Shown: positions 16,963 to 25,285 of the stretch, piece after piece
Position numbering within the stretch: position 1 is the stretch's first letter
Layout: the number at the start of each line of letters is the position of its first letter
Source: Dehalococcoidia bacterium
GTDB lineage: Bacteria > Chloroflexota > Dehalococcoidia > CAUJGQ01
Direction of reading: 5' to 3'
Length of the DNA: 64,000 nucleotides
Assembly: GCA_035310145.1 (NCBI GenBank)
Contig: DATGEL010000030.1
Location: 3,419-67,418 of the forward strand
Program-made: the position numbers and the translations under genes
Notes under the pieces: generated by a model
Seen by the model: the letters and a program-made list of their open reading frames with translations, nothing else
What the model was told of the DNA's origin: nothing
The model's database searches: none

Positions 16963-18126
16963 ATGGCACGCTTCAGCCTGCACACGAAGATCTGCGACCT
17001 CCTCGGCATCGAATATCCGGTGATCCTCGCCGGCATGGGGCCGACGGCGGGGCGAGCCGGTGGCGCCGCGGCCACGGCGCCGCTCGTGGCGGCCGTCTCC
17101 AACGCCGGCGGCCTCGGCGTGCTGGGCGGCGCCGGCTCCACGCCCGAGCAGTTGCGCGAGGAGATCCGCAAGGTCCGCGGTCTCACGAGCAAGCCGTTCG
17201 GCGTCGATCTGCTGCTGCCCTCCAACGTCGTGCGCCAGCCGGGCGGCAGCAACGGCGGCGCTACGGACTGGCGGGCACAGATCCCGCATCCCTACTGGGA
17301 GGCGATCGCCGGGCTGAAGGCGCAGTTCGGTATTCCCGACGTACAGCGCGAAGGTTCAGCGCCGGGGGTGGGCGCCTGGCGCATCGAGGACCAGGTGCAG
17401 GTGCTGTTCGACGAGCGGGTGCCCGTCTTCGCCTCCGGCCTGGGCAACCCCGCGCCCTACGTGCCGCGCTGCCGCGAACTGGGGATCAAGGTCACCGCCC
17501 TCGTCGGCAATGTGAAGAACGCGCGGCGCGTGGCCGACGCCGGCGTCGACATCGTCGTGGCGCAGGGGCACGAGGCCGGCGGCCATACGGGACGCATCGG
17601 CACACTGGCGCTGGTGCCGCAGGTGGTCGACGCGGTTGCGCCGGTGCCGGTGGTGGCCGCGGGCGGCATCGGCGACGGGCGCGGGCTGGCGGCGGCGCTC
17701 GCGCTCGGCGCGCACGGCGTCTGGTGCGGCACGGCGTTCCTGGCGACGGAAGAGGCGAATATTGCGTCGCTGCAGAAGCAGAAGATCGTGGAGGCGAACG
17801 AAGAGGACACGCGCGTGACGCGGCTCTACAGCGGCAAGACGATGCGGAACATCACCAACCCGCTGATCGAGGCGTGGGACGCACTCAATATCAAGGCGCT
17901 GCCGATGGGTCTGCAAGGGTTGCTGATCGCGGATCTGCTCGCCGGCATCCGTGCCTCCGACAAAGAAGAGCTGCTGATGAACGCCGCCGGCCAGATCTCC
18001 GGCCTGATCGGCGGCCTGCGCCCCGCGCGAGCCGTGCTCGACGAGATCGTGGACGGCGCCGCCGAGATCCTGACGCGCGAGCTGCCCGCGCGGGCGCAGG
18101 TCGCGGAAGGAAGCACGGTACGCTGA
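16963..18126 (+). CDS. nitronate monooxygenase (NMO/2-nitropropane dioxygenase family, FMN-dependent)
   Basis: Family signatures are VILAGMGP, GGLGVLG and GVDIVVAQGHEAGGHTG. AGAGGAGAGG lies upstream of the ATG. Confidence 0.9.
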   Translation: MARFSLHTKICDLLGIEYPVILAGMGPTAGRAGGAAATAPLVAAVSNAGGLGVLGGAGSTPEQLREEIRKVRGLTSKPFGVDLLLPSNVVRQPGGSNGGATDWRAQIPHPYWEAIAGLKAQFGIPDVQREGSAPGVGAWRIEDQVQVLFDERVPVFASGLGNPAPYVPRCRELGIKVTALVGNVKNARRVADAGVDIVVAQGHEAGGHTGRIGTLALVPQVVDAVAPVPVVAAGGIGDGRGLAAALALGAHGVWCGTAFLATEEANIASLQKQKIVEANEEDTRVTRLYSGKTMRNITNPLIEAWDALNIKALPMGLQGLLIADLLAGIRASDKEELLMNAAGQISGLIGGLRPARAVLDEIVDGAAEILTRELPARAQVAEGSTVR

Positions 18127-18290
18127 ACTGTGCCGGCGAGCGAAGAGCGCAACGATGGAGGGATGAGTTCGAGCGTCGTGTGGCGAGCGGGACACCGAAC
18201 CCCGACGCGGGTAGACGTAAGAGCTGGGCGCCCCAGCAGCCCGACTCGATCATGCGAGCGGAGCACGCCGCCAGGAGGAGCGCCCCACCA

Positions 18291-19598
18291 ATGGTCTCAC
18301 CATCATCGGCCGCCATTGAAAGCAATGCCCGTCCCGGCCCACTGACCGGCGTGCGCGTGCTCGATTTGGGCGATCCGCTCACGATCTACGCCGGCAAGCT
18401 GCTCGCCGACCTCGGCGCCGATGTGATCCTGGTCGAGCCGCCCGGCGGCGTGCCCGCCCGCAACCTGCCGCCCTTCTTCCACGAGCAGTCCGGCCCCGCG
18501 ACCTCGCTCACCTTCTGGTTCTTCAACACCTCCAAACGCTCCGTCACCTGCGACCTGCATACGGCCGACGGGCGTGCCCTCTTCGCACGGCTCGTGCCCA
18601 CGGCGCAGATCGTGCTCGAAGGCGGGCCGCCGGGCGGGCTGGACGAGCTGGGCATTGGCTTCCAGCGCTTCCACGCCGAGCTGCCGGCGCTGATCTGGGC
18701 CGGCATCAGCGGCTTCGGCAGCACAGGGCCGCGCGCCGGCTGGCTGGCCGACGACCTGGTCGGCATCGCCATGTCCGGCATCCTCACGCTCTCCGGCTAC
18801 CCCGATCGGCCGCCCGTGCAACTGCCGGGCAACCAGGGCTGGTACGCCGCCGGCATCCAGGCGGCGCAGGGGCTGCTGCTAGCGCTGCGCGTGGCCGAGC
18901 AGCACGGCGCCGGCCAGTTCGTCGACGTCTCGATGCAGGAGGCGCTCTCGCTGGCGCAGGAGACGGCGATGCAGACCTGGGATATGCGCCGCGAGGTACG
19001 CAAGCGCCAGGGCGAGGCGCGGCTGATGCCCGGCGTCGGTACCTACGAGTGCGCCGACGGCCATCTCTACTCGATGGTCGGCATCCCCGGCTTCGGCGCC
19101 AACTGGCAGGTGCTCGCCGGTTGGATGGCCGAGCAAGGCATGGCCGAAGACCTGGGCAACGAGCACTGGCAGAACATCTTGAACAGCATGAATATCCGCG
19201 AACTGACGCAGCTCTGGTCCAACCCCGAGAAGTTGGCCGACCTGCAGGCGCAGTACGCGCACGTCAACGACGTGTTGGAGCGCTTCTACAAACGGTTCAG
19301 TAAGCAGTATCTCTATGAAGAAGGCCAGCGTCGCCGCCTGCTGATCGGCCCAGCCAACACCGCACGGGATCTGCTCAACGACGCGCAACTCGCGGCGCGC
19401 GGCTGGTTCCAGCAGGTCGAGCACCCGGAGCTGCAGCAGACGGTGACCTACCCTGGTCCCCCCTACCGGCTAGCCAGATCGCCCTGGCAGATCGCCCGCC
19501 GCCCGCCGCTCCCCGGCGAGCACAACATTGAGGTCTTCGGCACGCTGGGCCTCAGCCCGGCCGACCTCGCCACGCTAACCGCCGCCCACGCAATCTAA
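18291..19598 (+). CDS. CoA transferase family III (CaiB/BaiF) protein
   Basis: PLTGVRVLDLGD...AGK..ADLGADVI. ATG 18291; alternative ATG 18252 in frame, start uncertain. Confidence 0.85.
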   Translation: MVSPSSAAIESNARPGPLTGVRVLDLGDPLTIYAGKLLADLGADVILVEPPGGVPARNLPPFFHEQSGPATSLTFWFFNTSKRSVTCDLHTADGRALFARLVPTAQIVLEGGPPGGLDELGIGFQRFHAELPALIWAGISGFGSTGPRAGWLADDLVGIAMSGILTLSGYPDRPPVQLPGNQGWYAAGIQAAQGLLLALRVAEQHGAGQFVDVSMQEALSLAQETAMQTWDMRREVRKRQGEARLMPGVGTYECADGHLYSMVGIPGFGANWQVLAGWMAEQGMAEDLGNEHWQNILNSMNIRELTQLWSNPEKLADLQAQYAHVNDVLERFYKRFSKQYLYEEGQRRRLLIGPANTARDLLNDAQLAARGWFQQVEHPELQQTVTYPGPPYRLARSPWQIARRPPLPGEHNIEVFGTLGLSPADLATLTAAHAI

Positions 19599-19615
19599 AC
19601 CCATTCCGCAGCCTC

Positions 19616-19642
19616 CCCCTCTCCATGAAATGGAGAGGGGGC
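19616..19642. repeat. palindromic element A: CCCCCTCTCCAT-GAA-ATGGAGAGGGGG, member of dispersed CTCTCC/GGAGAG repeat family
   Basis: 12-bp perfect stem between two CoA-transferase genes. Followed by GGCCGGGGGGTGAGGCCACG-ATG (start of the next gene), nearly identical to the sequence before the ATG at 56255. Confidence 0.7.
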
Positions 19643-19659
19643 CGGGGGGTGAGGCCACG

Positions 19660-20919
19660 ATGACCGCTGATCTGCCCTTGCCGCTCGCCGGCATTCGCGT
19701 GGCGGACTTCTCCTGGTTCGCCGCTGGCCCCGTGGCCGGCGCGGTGCTGGCGCAGTTCGGCGCCGAAGTTATTCGCGTCGAGTCCGAGTCGCACCTCGAC
19801 GGCCTGCGCACCACCATGCCCGTGCCGCCGGGCAGCGAAGGCAGCGTCAACGTCTCCGGCTACTACAACAACTTTAACGCGAACAAGCGCTGCTTCACGC
19901 TCAACATGAGCCGGCCCGAGGCCCGCGCCGTCGCGCTGGAGCTGCTTGCAACCTGCGACGTGATGCTGGAGAACTACACGCCGCGCATCGTGGAGAAGTG
20001 GGGGCTGACCTACGCCGACGTCGCCGCGGTGCGGCCGGACATCATCTACGTCAACATCCCCATGCAGGGCAATTGGGGGCCGCACCGCGACTTTTTGGGC
20101 TTCGGCGGTGTGCTGGCCCCGGTCAGCGGCTACAGCTACCTCGCCGGCTGGCCCGACCGCGCCCCGATCGGCGTCGGCACCAACTATCCCGACTACGTGA
20201 TCAACCCCGGCCACGCCACGATCGCCATCCTCGCCGCGCTGCGCCACCGCGACCGCACGGGGGAAGGGCAGCAGATCGAGCTCTCGCAGCTCGAATCGAC
20301 GCTCAACGGCCTCGGCCCGGCGCTGATGGAGGCAGCCGCTAACGGCACCGTGCCCCAACGCCAGGGTAACCGCTGCGCCTACGCCGCGCCGCATGCCGCC
20401 TTCCGCTGCCAGGACCGGCCGGCCACGGGCACGGGCGCGCCCGAAGACCGCTGGTGCGTGATCTCGGTCTACACCGACGCCCAGTGGCAGGCGCTGAAGG
20501 CGGAGATGGGCGAGCCGGACTGGGCCGCGGAGACGCGCTTCGGCACGCTGCTCGGCCGCAAGCAGCACGAGGACGAGCTGGAGCGCTGCACCGAGGCGTG
20601 GACGCGCACGCTCAGCGCCGAGGCGGTGGCGGAGCGGCTGCAGGACCGCGGTGTGCCGGCCGGCATCGTGCAAAGCGCCGAGGACGTGCTCGACCACGAC
20701 CCGCAGCTGCAGGCGCGCGGTCTCTACGTCTATCTCGACCACCCGGAGGCGGGCCGCACCGCCTACGACGGCCCGCACTTCGTGCTGAGCGCCACGCCGG
20801 GCGTGCTGCATACGCCGGCGCCGCTGCTGGGCGAGGCGAACGACTACATCGTGAACGAGCTGCTGGGCGTGGACGGCGAGCGCGCCGCCGACCTGCTGGT
20901 CAACCAGATCGTATATTAG
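19660..20919 (+). CDS. CoA transferase family III (CaiB/BaiF) protein
   Basis: Start at MTADLPLPLAGIRVADFS, with ATG 19660 preceded by GGTGAGG. The family is conserved throughout. Confidence 0.85.
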   Translation: MTADLPLPLAGIRVADFSWFAAGPVAGAVLAQFGAEVIRVESESHLDGLRTTMPVPPGSEGSVNVSGYYNNFNANKRCFTLNMSRPEARAVALELLATCDVMLENYTPRIVEKWGLTYADVAAVRPDIIYVNIPMQGNWGPHRDFLGFGGVLAPVSGYSYLAGWPDRAPIGVGTNYPDYVINPGHATIAILAALRHRDRTGEGQQIELSQLESTLNGLGPALMEAAANGTVPQRQGNRCAYAAPHAAFRCQDRPATGTGAPEDRWCVISVYTDAQWQALKAEMGEPDWAAETRFGTLLGRKQHEDELERCTEAWTRTLSAEAVAERLQDRGVPAGIVQSAEDVLDHDPQLQARGLYVYLDHPEAGRTAYDGPHFVLSATPGVLHTPAPLLGEANDYIVNELLGVDGERAADLLVNQIVY

Positions 20920-20987
20920 GCAGGGCGAGCGCGGACCGGCGCCGGGCCGGCCGCGACGAGCATGCGAAGCGGGAGCGAACGATTGCG

Positions 20988-22175
20988 ATGGCAGAACAGG
21001 TGAGCATGAAGGGCAGGGCCGCGATCTGCGGCCTCGGCATTACCGACATGGGCCGCATCTACGGCCACGACGCCAACTGGTTCGCCGGCGAGGCGGTACG
21101 GTTGGCGGTGGAAGACGCTGGCCTGAGTAAAGACGAGATCGACGGCCTGCTGATCAACGCGGGCATCCAGGGCATCACCGGCGGCGGCCTCGGCCTGGCG
21201 CTGCAGAACTACCTGGGCTTCAACAACCTGCGCATGCTGAACCACATGAACGCCGCCGGCTCGACCGCGGCGCAGATGGTGCAGTACGCGTCGTTTGCCG
21301 TGGCGGGCGGCCTGGCCAACTACGTCGCCTGTGTCTTCGCCGACGCGCCGCTGCAGGCGAACAAGAGCGCTGGCGCGGCCTACGGCAGCACCCGCCGCCC
21401 CGCCGGCATGATCAGCCTCGCCAGCGCCTACGGGATGTACGGCGCCAACTCCAGCTACGCGCTGGCAGCACGGCGGCACATGGCCGAGTACGGCACCACG
21501 CAGGACCAGCTCGGCCAGATCGCCGTCTCCACCCGCCTCTGGGCGACGATGAACCCGAAGGCGCAGATGCGCGAGGCGATCTCGCTCGAGGACTACCACA
21601 ACTCGCGTTGGATCATGGAGCCGCTGCACCTGCTCGATTGCTGCCTCGTCTCCAACGGCGGCGTCTGCGTGATCGTGACCACGGCCGAGCGGGCGCGCGA
21701 TCTGCGGCAGCCGCCGGCCTACGTCTGGGGCATGGGCCAGGGCCATCACGGCAACCCGATGCGCCGCGGCTTCGAGCCGGAGACGCACTCCGCCGCGACG
21801 ATCGCCAAAGCCTCGGCCTTCCGCATGGCCGGCATCACCACCGACGACGTGGACGTCTGCGAGCTGTACGACTGCTACACCTACACCACGCTGGTGACGC
21901 TGGAAGACTACGGCTTCTGCAAGAAGGGCGAGGGCGGCGCCTTCGTCGAGGACGGCAAGCTCGGCCCCGGCGGCAGCCTGCCCACCAACACCGGCGGCGG
22001 CCAGCTCTCCGGCTACTACATGTGGGGCATGACGCCCGTTTCAGAGGCGGTCATTCAAACGCGCGGCCAGGGCGGCGAGCGGCAGGCGCCGAAGCACGAT
22101 GTGGTGCTCGTCTCCGGCAACGGCGGCGTGCTCAACTACCATGGCTGCCTCGTGCTCAGCCCCAATCCGGCATAG
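20988..22175 (+). CDS. thiolase-like protein (SCP2/lipid-transfer-protein type, nonspecific thiolase)
   Basis: MAEQVSMKGRAAICGLGIT is the N-terminus. The C-terminal motifs are NTGGGQLS and GNGG. Confidence 0.85.
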   Translation: MAEQVSMKGRAAICGLGITDMGRIYGHDANWFAGEAVRLAVEDAGLSKDEIDGLLINAGIQGITGGGLGLALQNYLGFNNLRMLNHMNAAGSTAAQMVQYASFAVAGGLANYVACVFADAPLQANKSAGAAYGSTRRPAGMISLASAYGMYGANSSYALAARRHMAEYGTTQDQLGQIAVSTRLWATMNPKAQMREAISLEDYHNSRWIMEPLHLLDCCLVSNGGVCVIVTTAERARDLRQPPAYVWGMGQGHHGNPMRRGFEPETHSAATIAKASAFRMAGITTDDVDVCELYDCYTYTTLVTLEDYGFCKKGEGGAFVEDGKLGPGGSLPTNTGGGQLSGYYMWGMTPVSEAVIQTRGQGGERQAPKHDVVLVSGNGGVLNYHGCLVLSPNPA

Positions 22176-22194
22176 CGAGAAGACGATGACGAGT

Positions 22195-22599
22195 GACTAC
22201 GCCAAGCCCATGCCCGCCGCCGACGAGGACTCCGCGCCGTTCTTTGCGGGCGCCCGCGAGGGCAGGCTGATGCTGATGCGCTGCAACAACTGCGGCGCCT
22301 ACCGCTACCCCTCGCGCGACCGCTGCGACGTCTGCTGGAGCACGGACACCGCGTGGGTGCAGGCGAGCGGCAAGGGCGCCGTCTACACCTTCGGCATCAT
22401 GCACCAGCTCTACCATCCGGGCTTCAAGGACGAGATCCCCTACAACGTGGCCGTGATCGAGCTTGCGGAAGGGCCGCGTATGTACTCCAACCTCGTCGGC
22501 GTGGCGAACGACCAGATCCGCGTGGGTATGCCGGTCGAAGTCACCTTCGAGCGCATCAGCGATGAGATCAGCCTGCCGAAGTTCCGGCCGGCGGCGTAG
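22195..22599 (+). CDS. DUF35 OB-fold/Zn-ribbon protein (thiolase-associated)
   Basis: FFAGAREGRLMLMRCNNCGAYRYPSRDRCDVCWS is the Zn-ribbon, followed by an OB fold. Start at MTSDY. Confidence 0.85.
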   Translation, partial: DYAKPMPAADEDSAPFFAGAREGRLMLMRCNNCGAYRYPSRDRCDVCWSTDTAWVQASGKGAVYTFGIMHQLYHPGFKDEIPYNVAVIELAEGPRMYSNLVGVANDQIRVGMPVEVTFERISDEISLPKFRPAA

Positions 22600-22717
22600 G
22601 GCGGCGCTGCGATGCAGCCGCGCGTAGCCGCAGGGGCACAGGCACGACACCGGCGGGGCCGAGGGTGCATTGGCGGGCAATCGAGCGCGCTTGCGCCTGA
22701 TCCCGTGCCTTGTCAGC

Positions 22718-23152
22718 TCAGAGATATTTGCGCTCGATTTCAGTAAAGAACGCCTGGGACAGCAGCGCGAAGTCCGCCTCGCTCAGCTTGATTTCATCTC
22801 CGTCCTGGTATTTCAGCACGGACTTCGCCGGGGACCACTTGATCGACTTGTCCAGGGTCATGACGCCGGCATGCTCCATCAGCGAGGCGCAGAGCATGCG
22901 CACCTCGTTCAGCGCGTTGCCGTCCTTGCCTTCAATGACGCGCAGCCTGTGCACGAAGAGGCTGTCCAGCACGATGACCATGTTGTTGAAGAAGACTGCT
23001 TCGAAGGCATCAAACACGGAGTGGCGCGGCGTTTCGTTGACCGAGCTGCTGCCCCGTGCCGCGACCATACCCCTGTAGGCGGCGAGATCTGCTTCCAGGT
23101 TCGACCGGCAACCATCGATGTACTCGTGGCTGTAGGTCTTCATCCCGAGCAT
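22718..23152 (-). CDS. hypothetical protein in low-GC island (~144 aa)
   Basis: ATG 23152 has GGAGGAG 7 nt upstream. Local GC is about 58% against about 72% around it, with A/T-rich codons such as KYQDGDEIKLSEADFALLSQAFFTEIERKYL. No family is recognised. Confidence 0.55.
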   Translation of the reverse strand: MLGMKTYSHEYIDGCRSNLEADLAAYRGMVAARGSSSVNETPRHSVFDAFEAVFFNNMVIVLDSLFVHRLRVIEGKDGNALNEVRMLCASLMEHAGVMTLDKSIKWSPAKSVLKYQDGDEIKLSEADFALLSQAFFTEIERKYL

Positions 23153-23478
23153 GCCCTGACTCCTCCCCTGCTTCTGCGGAAGCCGGCCGCGCCGGTGTTC
23201 GCGCCTGCGCGGTGGAGTGCTCCCGTCACTACTATGACGGAGCGCGGCCGGAGACTGTGACCGGCTGCCGACATAACGGGTGAGATGCGTCTTTCGCGAC
23301 GACCGGGGCCGCGCGCGGCGATCACGCCGGGGCCGCGGCGAGCATTTGTCTCCATCCCCGTTGTGCGGGGCCGGCCGAGAGACGTTGCGCCCTACGGCCG
23401 TGCGCGTGCTCGCACTCCCGGGAACGGGCTGGCAGACTGGGCGCAGCACGCACCGCTCAGCGAGGCCGAATCCCTGCC

Positions 23479-24519
23479 ATGCCTGACCGTCCTGCGCTGC
23501 CCGAAGACGCCATCGTCGCGGCCATCCAGCGGCACTACGGCCTTCCCGTGACGGCGCTGACCGCCCTCACGCTGGGGCAGGATGTCGCGGCGTGGACCTA
23601 TCGCGCCGCCACTGCCGCGGGCGCCGCCTACTTTCTCAAGCTCCGCCATGGCCGCATACCCGCGGCCACGTTGCGCGTCCCCCGCTTCCTGGCCGACCAC
23701 GGCGCGACGGCCGTCGTCGCGCCACTGCCGACCCGCAGCGGCCAGCTATGGGCCGATCTCGACCCGTTCACCCTCACCGTGTACCCGTTCATCGACGGCA
23801 CGGCCGGTATGGCGTACGGGCTCCAGCAGCGCCACTGGCTCGCCTTCGGCGCGGCGCTCCGGCAGGTGCACGACACGCTGCTTTCCCCCGACCTCGCGCG
23901 GATCGTGCCCCGCGAGGCATTCACGTTCGCCCAGCTCTTTCAGCGGCAGCGCCAGTCCCCGTGGAACGAGGTCGTCGCCGGCCTGGAGGCGCTCGGCGCG
24001 GCAGCCGACGCGGAATCACCGGAACTCCAGGCCCTGGCGGGTTGGTGGCAGACGCAGCGCCCCGTGGTGCTGGCGCTCGCCGGACGCTTCACGGCCCTCG
24101 GGGCGCAGCTGCGCCGCTCACCGCCGCCGCTGGTGCTCTGCCATGCCGACATCCATCCCAACAACCTGCTGATCGACCACGACGACCGGCTGTGGATGGT
24201 CGACTGGGACGAGGTGCTCTATGCGCCGAAGGAGTGCGATCTGATGATGGGCGTCGGCGGCCTGGGCGTCTATCCCGCCGGCGCGCGTGAGGCACGCTGG
24301 TTCCTTGCGGGCTACGGCAGTCCCGCGGTCGATGGAGTGGCGTTGGCCTTTTACCGCCACGTGCGTGCCCTGAGCGATATCGGCGCCTACGCGGAGCAGG
24401 TGCTGCACAAGACCAGCAGCGCGGCGGCCAGGCGAGATGCCCTGCGCCGGCTGGCGCGCCTCAGCGCTCCCGGCGCCATCGTCACCCTGGCGCAGCAGGC
24501 GGACCGCGGTCTGGCCTGA
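23479..24519 (+). CDS. aminoglycoside/antibiotic phosphotransferase (APH)-like kinase family protein
   Basis: Catalytic loop LVLCHADIHPNNLLID and the DWDE motif are present. The N-terminal ATP-binding region (YFLKL) is also there. Confidence 0.8.
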   Translation: MPDRPALPEDAIVAAIQRHYGLPVTALTALTLGQDVAAWTYRAATAAGAAYFLKLRHGRIPAATLRVPRFLADHGATAVVAPLPTRSGQLWADLDPFTLTVYPFIDGTAGMAYGLQQRHWLAFGAALRQVHDTLLSPDLARIVPREAFTFAQLFQRQRQSPWNEVVAGLEALGAAADAESPELQALAGWWQTQRPVVLALAGRFTALGAQLRRSPPPLVLCHADIHPNNLLIDHDDRLWMVDWDEVLYAPKECDLMMGVGGLGVYPAGAREARWFLAGYGSPAVDGVALAFYRHVRALSDIGAYAEQVLHKTSSAAARRDALRRLARLSAPGAIVTLAQQADRGLA

Positions 24520-24739
24520 CGGGGGCGGCAGCACCCCCAGCCGCCGCCGGCATCCTGCTCGCCAGCCAGTTCGACCGGCTGCGCCTGGGTACAGGTTGGG
24601 AGCGCTGTGACGACGAAGGGCGCTGGCGGCCCATGTCGCCACGTGTTCCCGCGTAACGCTACGCAAAACGCTCCGCCTCCAGCCTGGGATCGACGAGCGT
24701 TCGCGCCTACCCGGCCTTCTACTCCCTGTTCTCTCTCCC

Positions 24740-24826
24740 CTAACCCCTGGGCAAGCCCAGTCCCCGCGTGGCGATCACGTTGCGCTGGATCTCGCTGGTG
24801 CCCGCGGCGATCGTGGCGGCATTGTG
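24740..24826 (-). pseudogene. remnant of acyl-CoA dehydrogenase 3' end (last ~27 codons), part of a chimeric decayed ORF
   Basis: 24748-24817 is nearly identical (1 mismatch in ~70 nt) to the 3' end of the ACAD gene at 32336-32405. It encodes ...TIAAGTSEIQRNVIATRGLGLPRG*. The upstream in-frame sequence switches to an SDR-like N-terminus (RVALITGGRDIGR). Confidence 0.6.
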
Positions 24827-25285
24827 CGCTGCTATGGCGATCTCCGCGCCCATCCCGCCGACGATGAGGGCGTGCACTCGGCCGATGTCACGGCCGCCGG
24901 TAATGAGCGCGACGCGTCCGCTGCGCTCAGACGCCAGGCACGCCACAGTCTCCGGGCACGAAGCGTGCGCTCCAGCAAACGGAGCCTGTGAATCCACGAT
25001 CGCTGAGTACTGTCGGACAGAGCGGTCGGCCATTCGCCGCTGGCAGTCATACATGCATGGATTCGGCTCGAACGGCGGACAACAGGCGGACGGTACCCAG
25101 CGCCGCGGGCCTGGTCCTGTCCGCCTTGTCACGCTCGGGCGGACGAAGCGGACAGCCTTCTCACCGATGCCCTGGAAACGTATGCTGCGATGCGACCGTG
25201 GGTTGTTCCCTGACAGCGGTTCCGAGCAACGCCGGGCTTCCCTGGCACGCGGCAGGGTCGCCAGCATACGTGGTCGCCGACATCG

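Noticed and set aside
17356-18195. 279-aa minus-strand ORF
   Set aside because: It is antisense to nitronate monooxygenase.
23582-24290. 196-aa and 232-aa alternative-frame ORFs inside the APH-like gene
   Set aside because: They are overlapping shadow frames. The APH catalytic motifs are only in the 23479..24519 frame.
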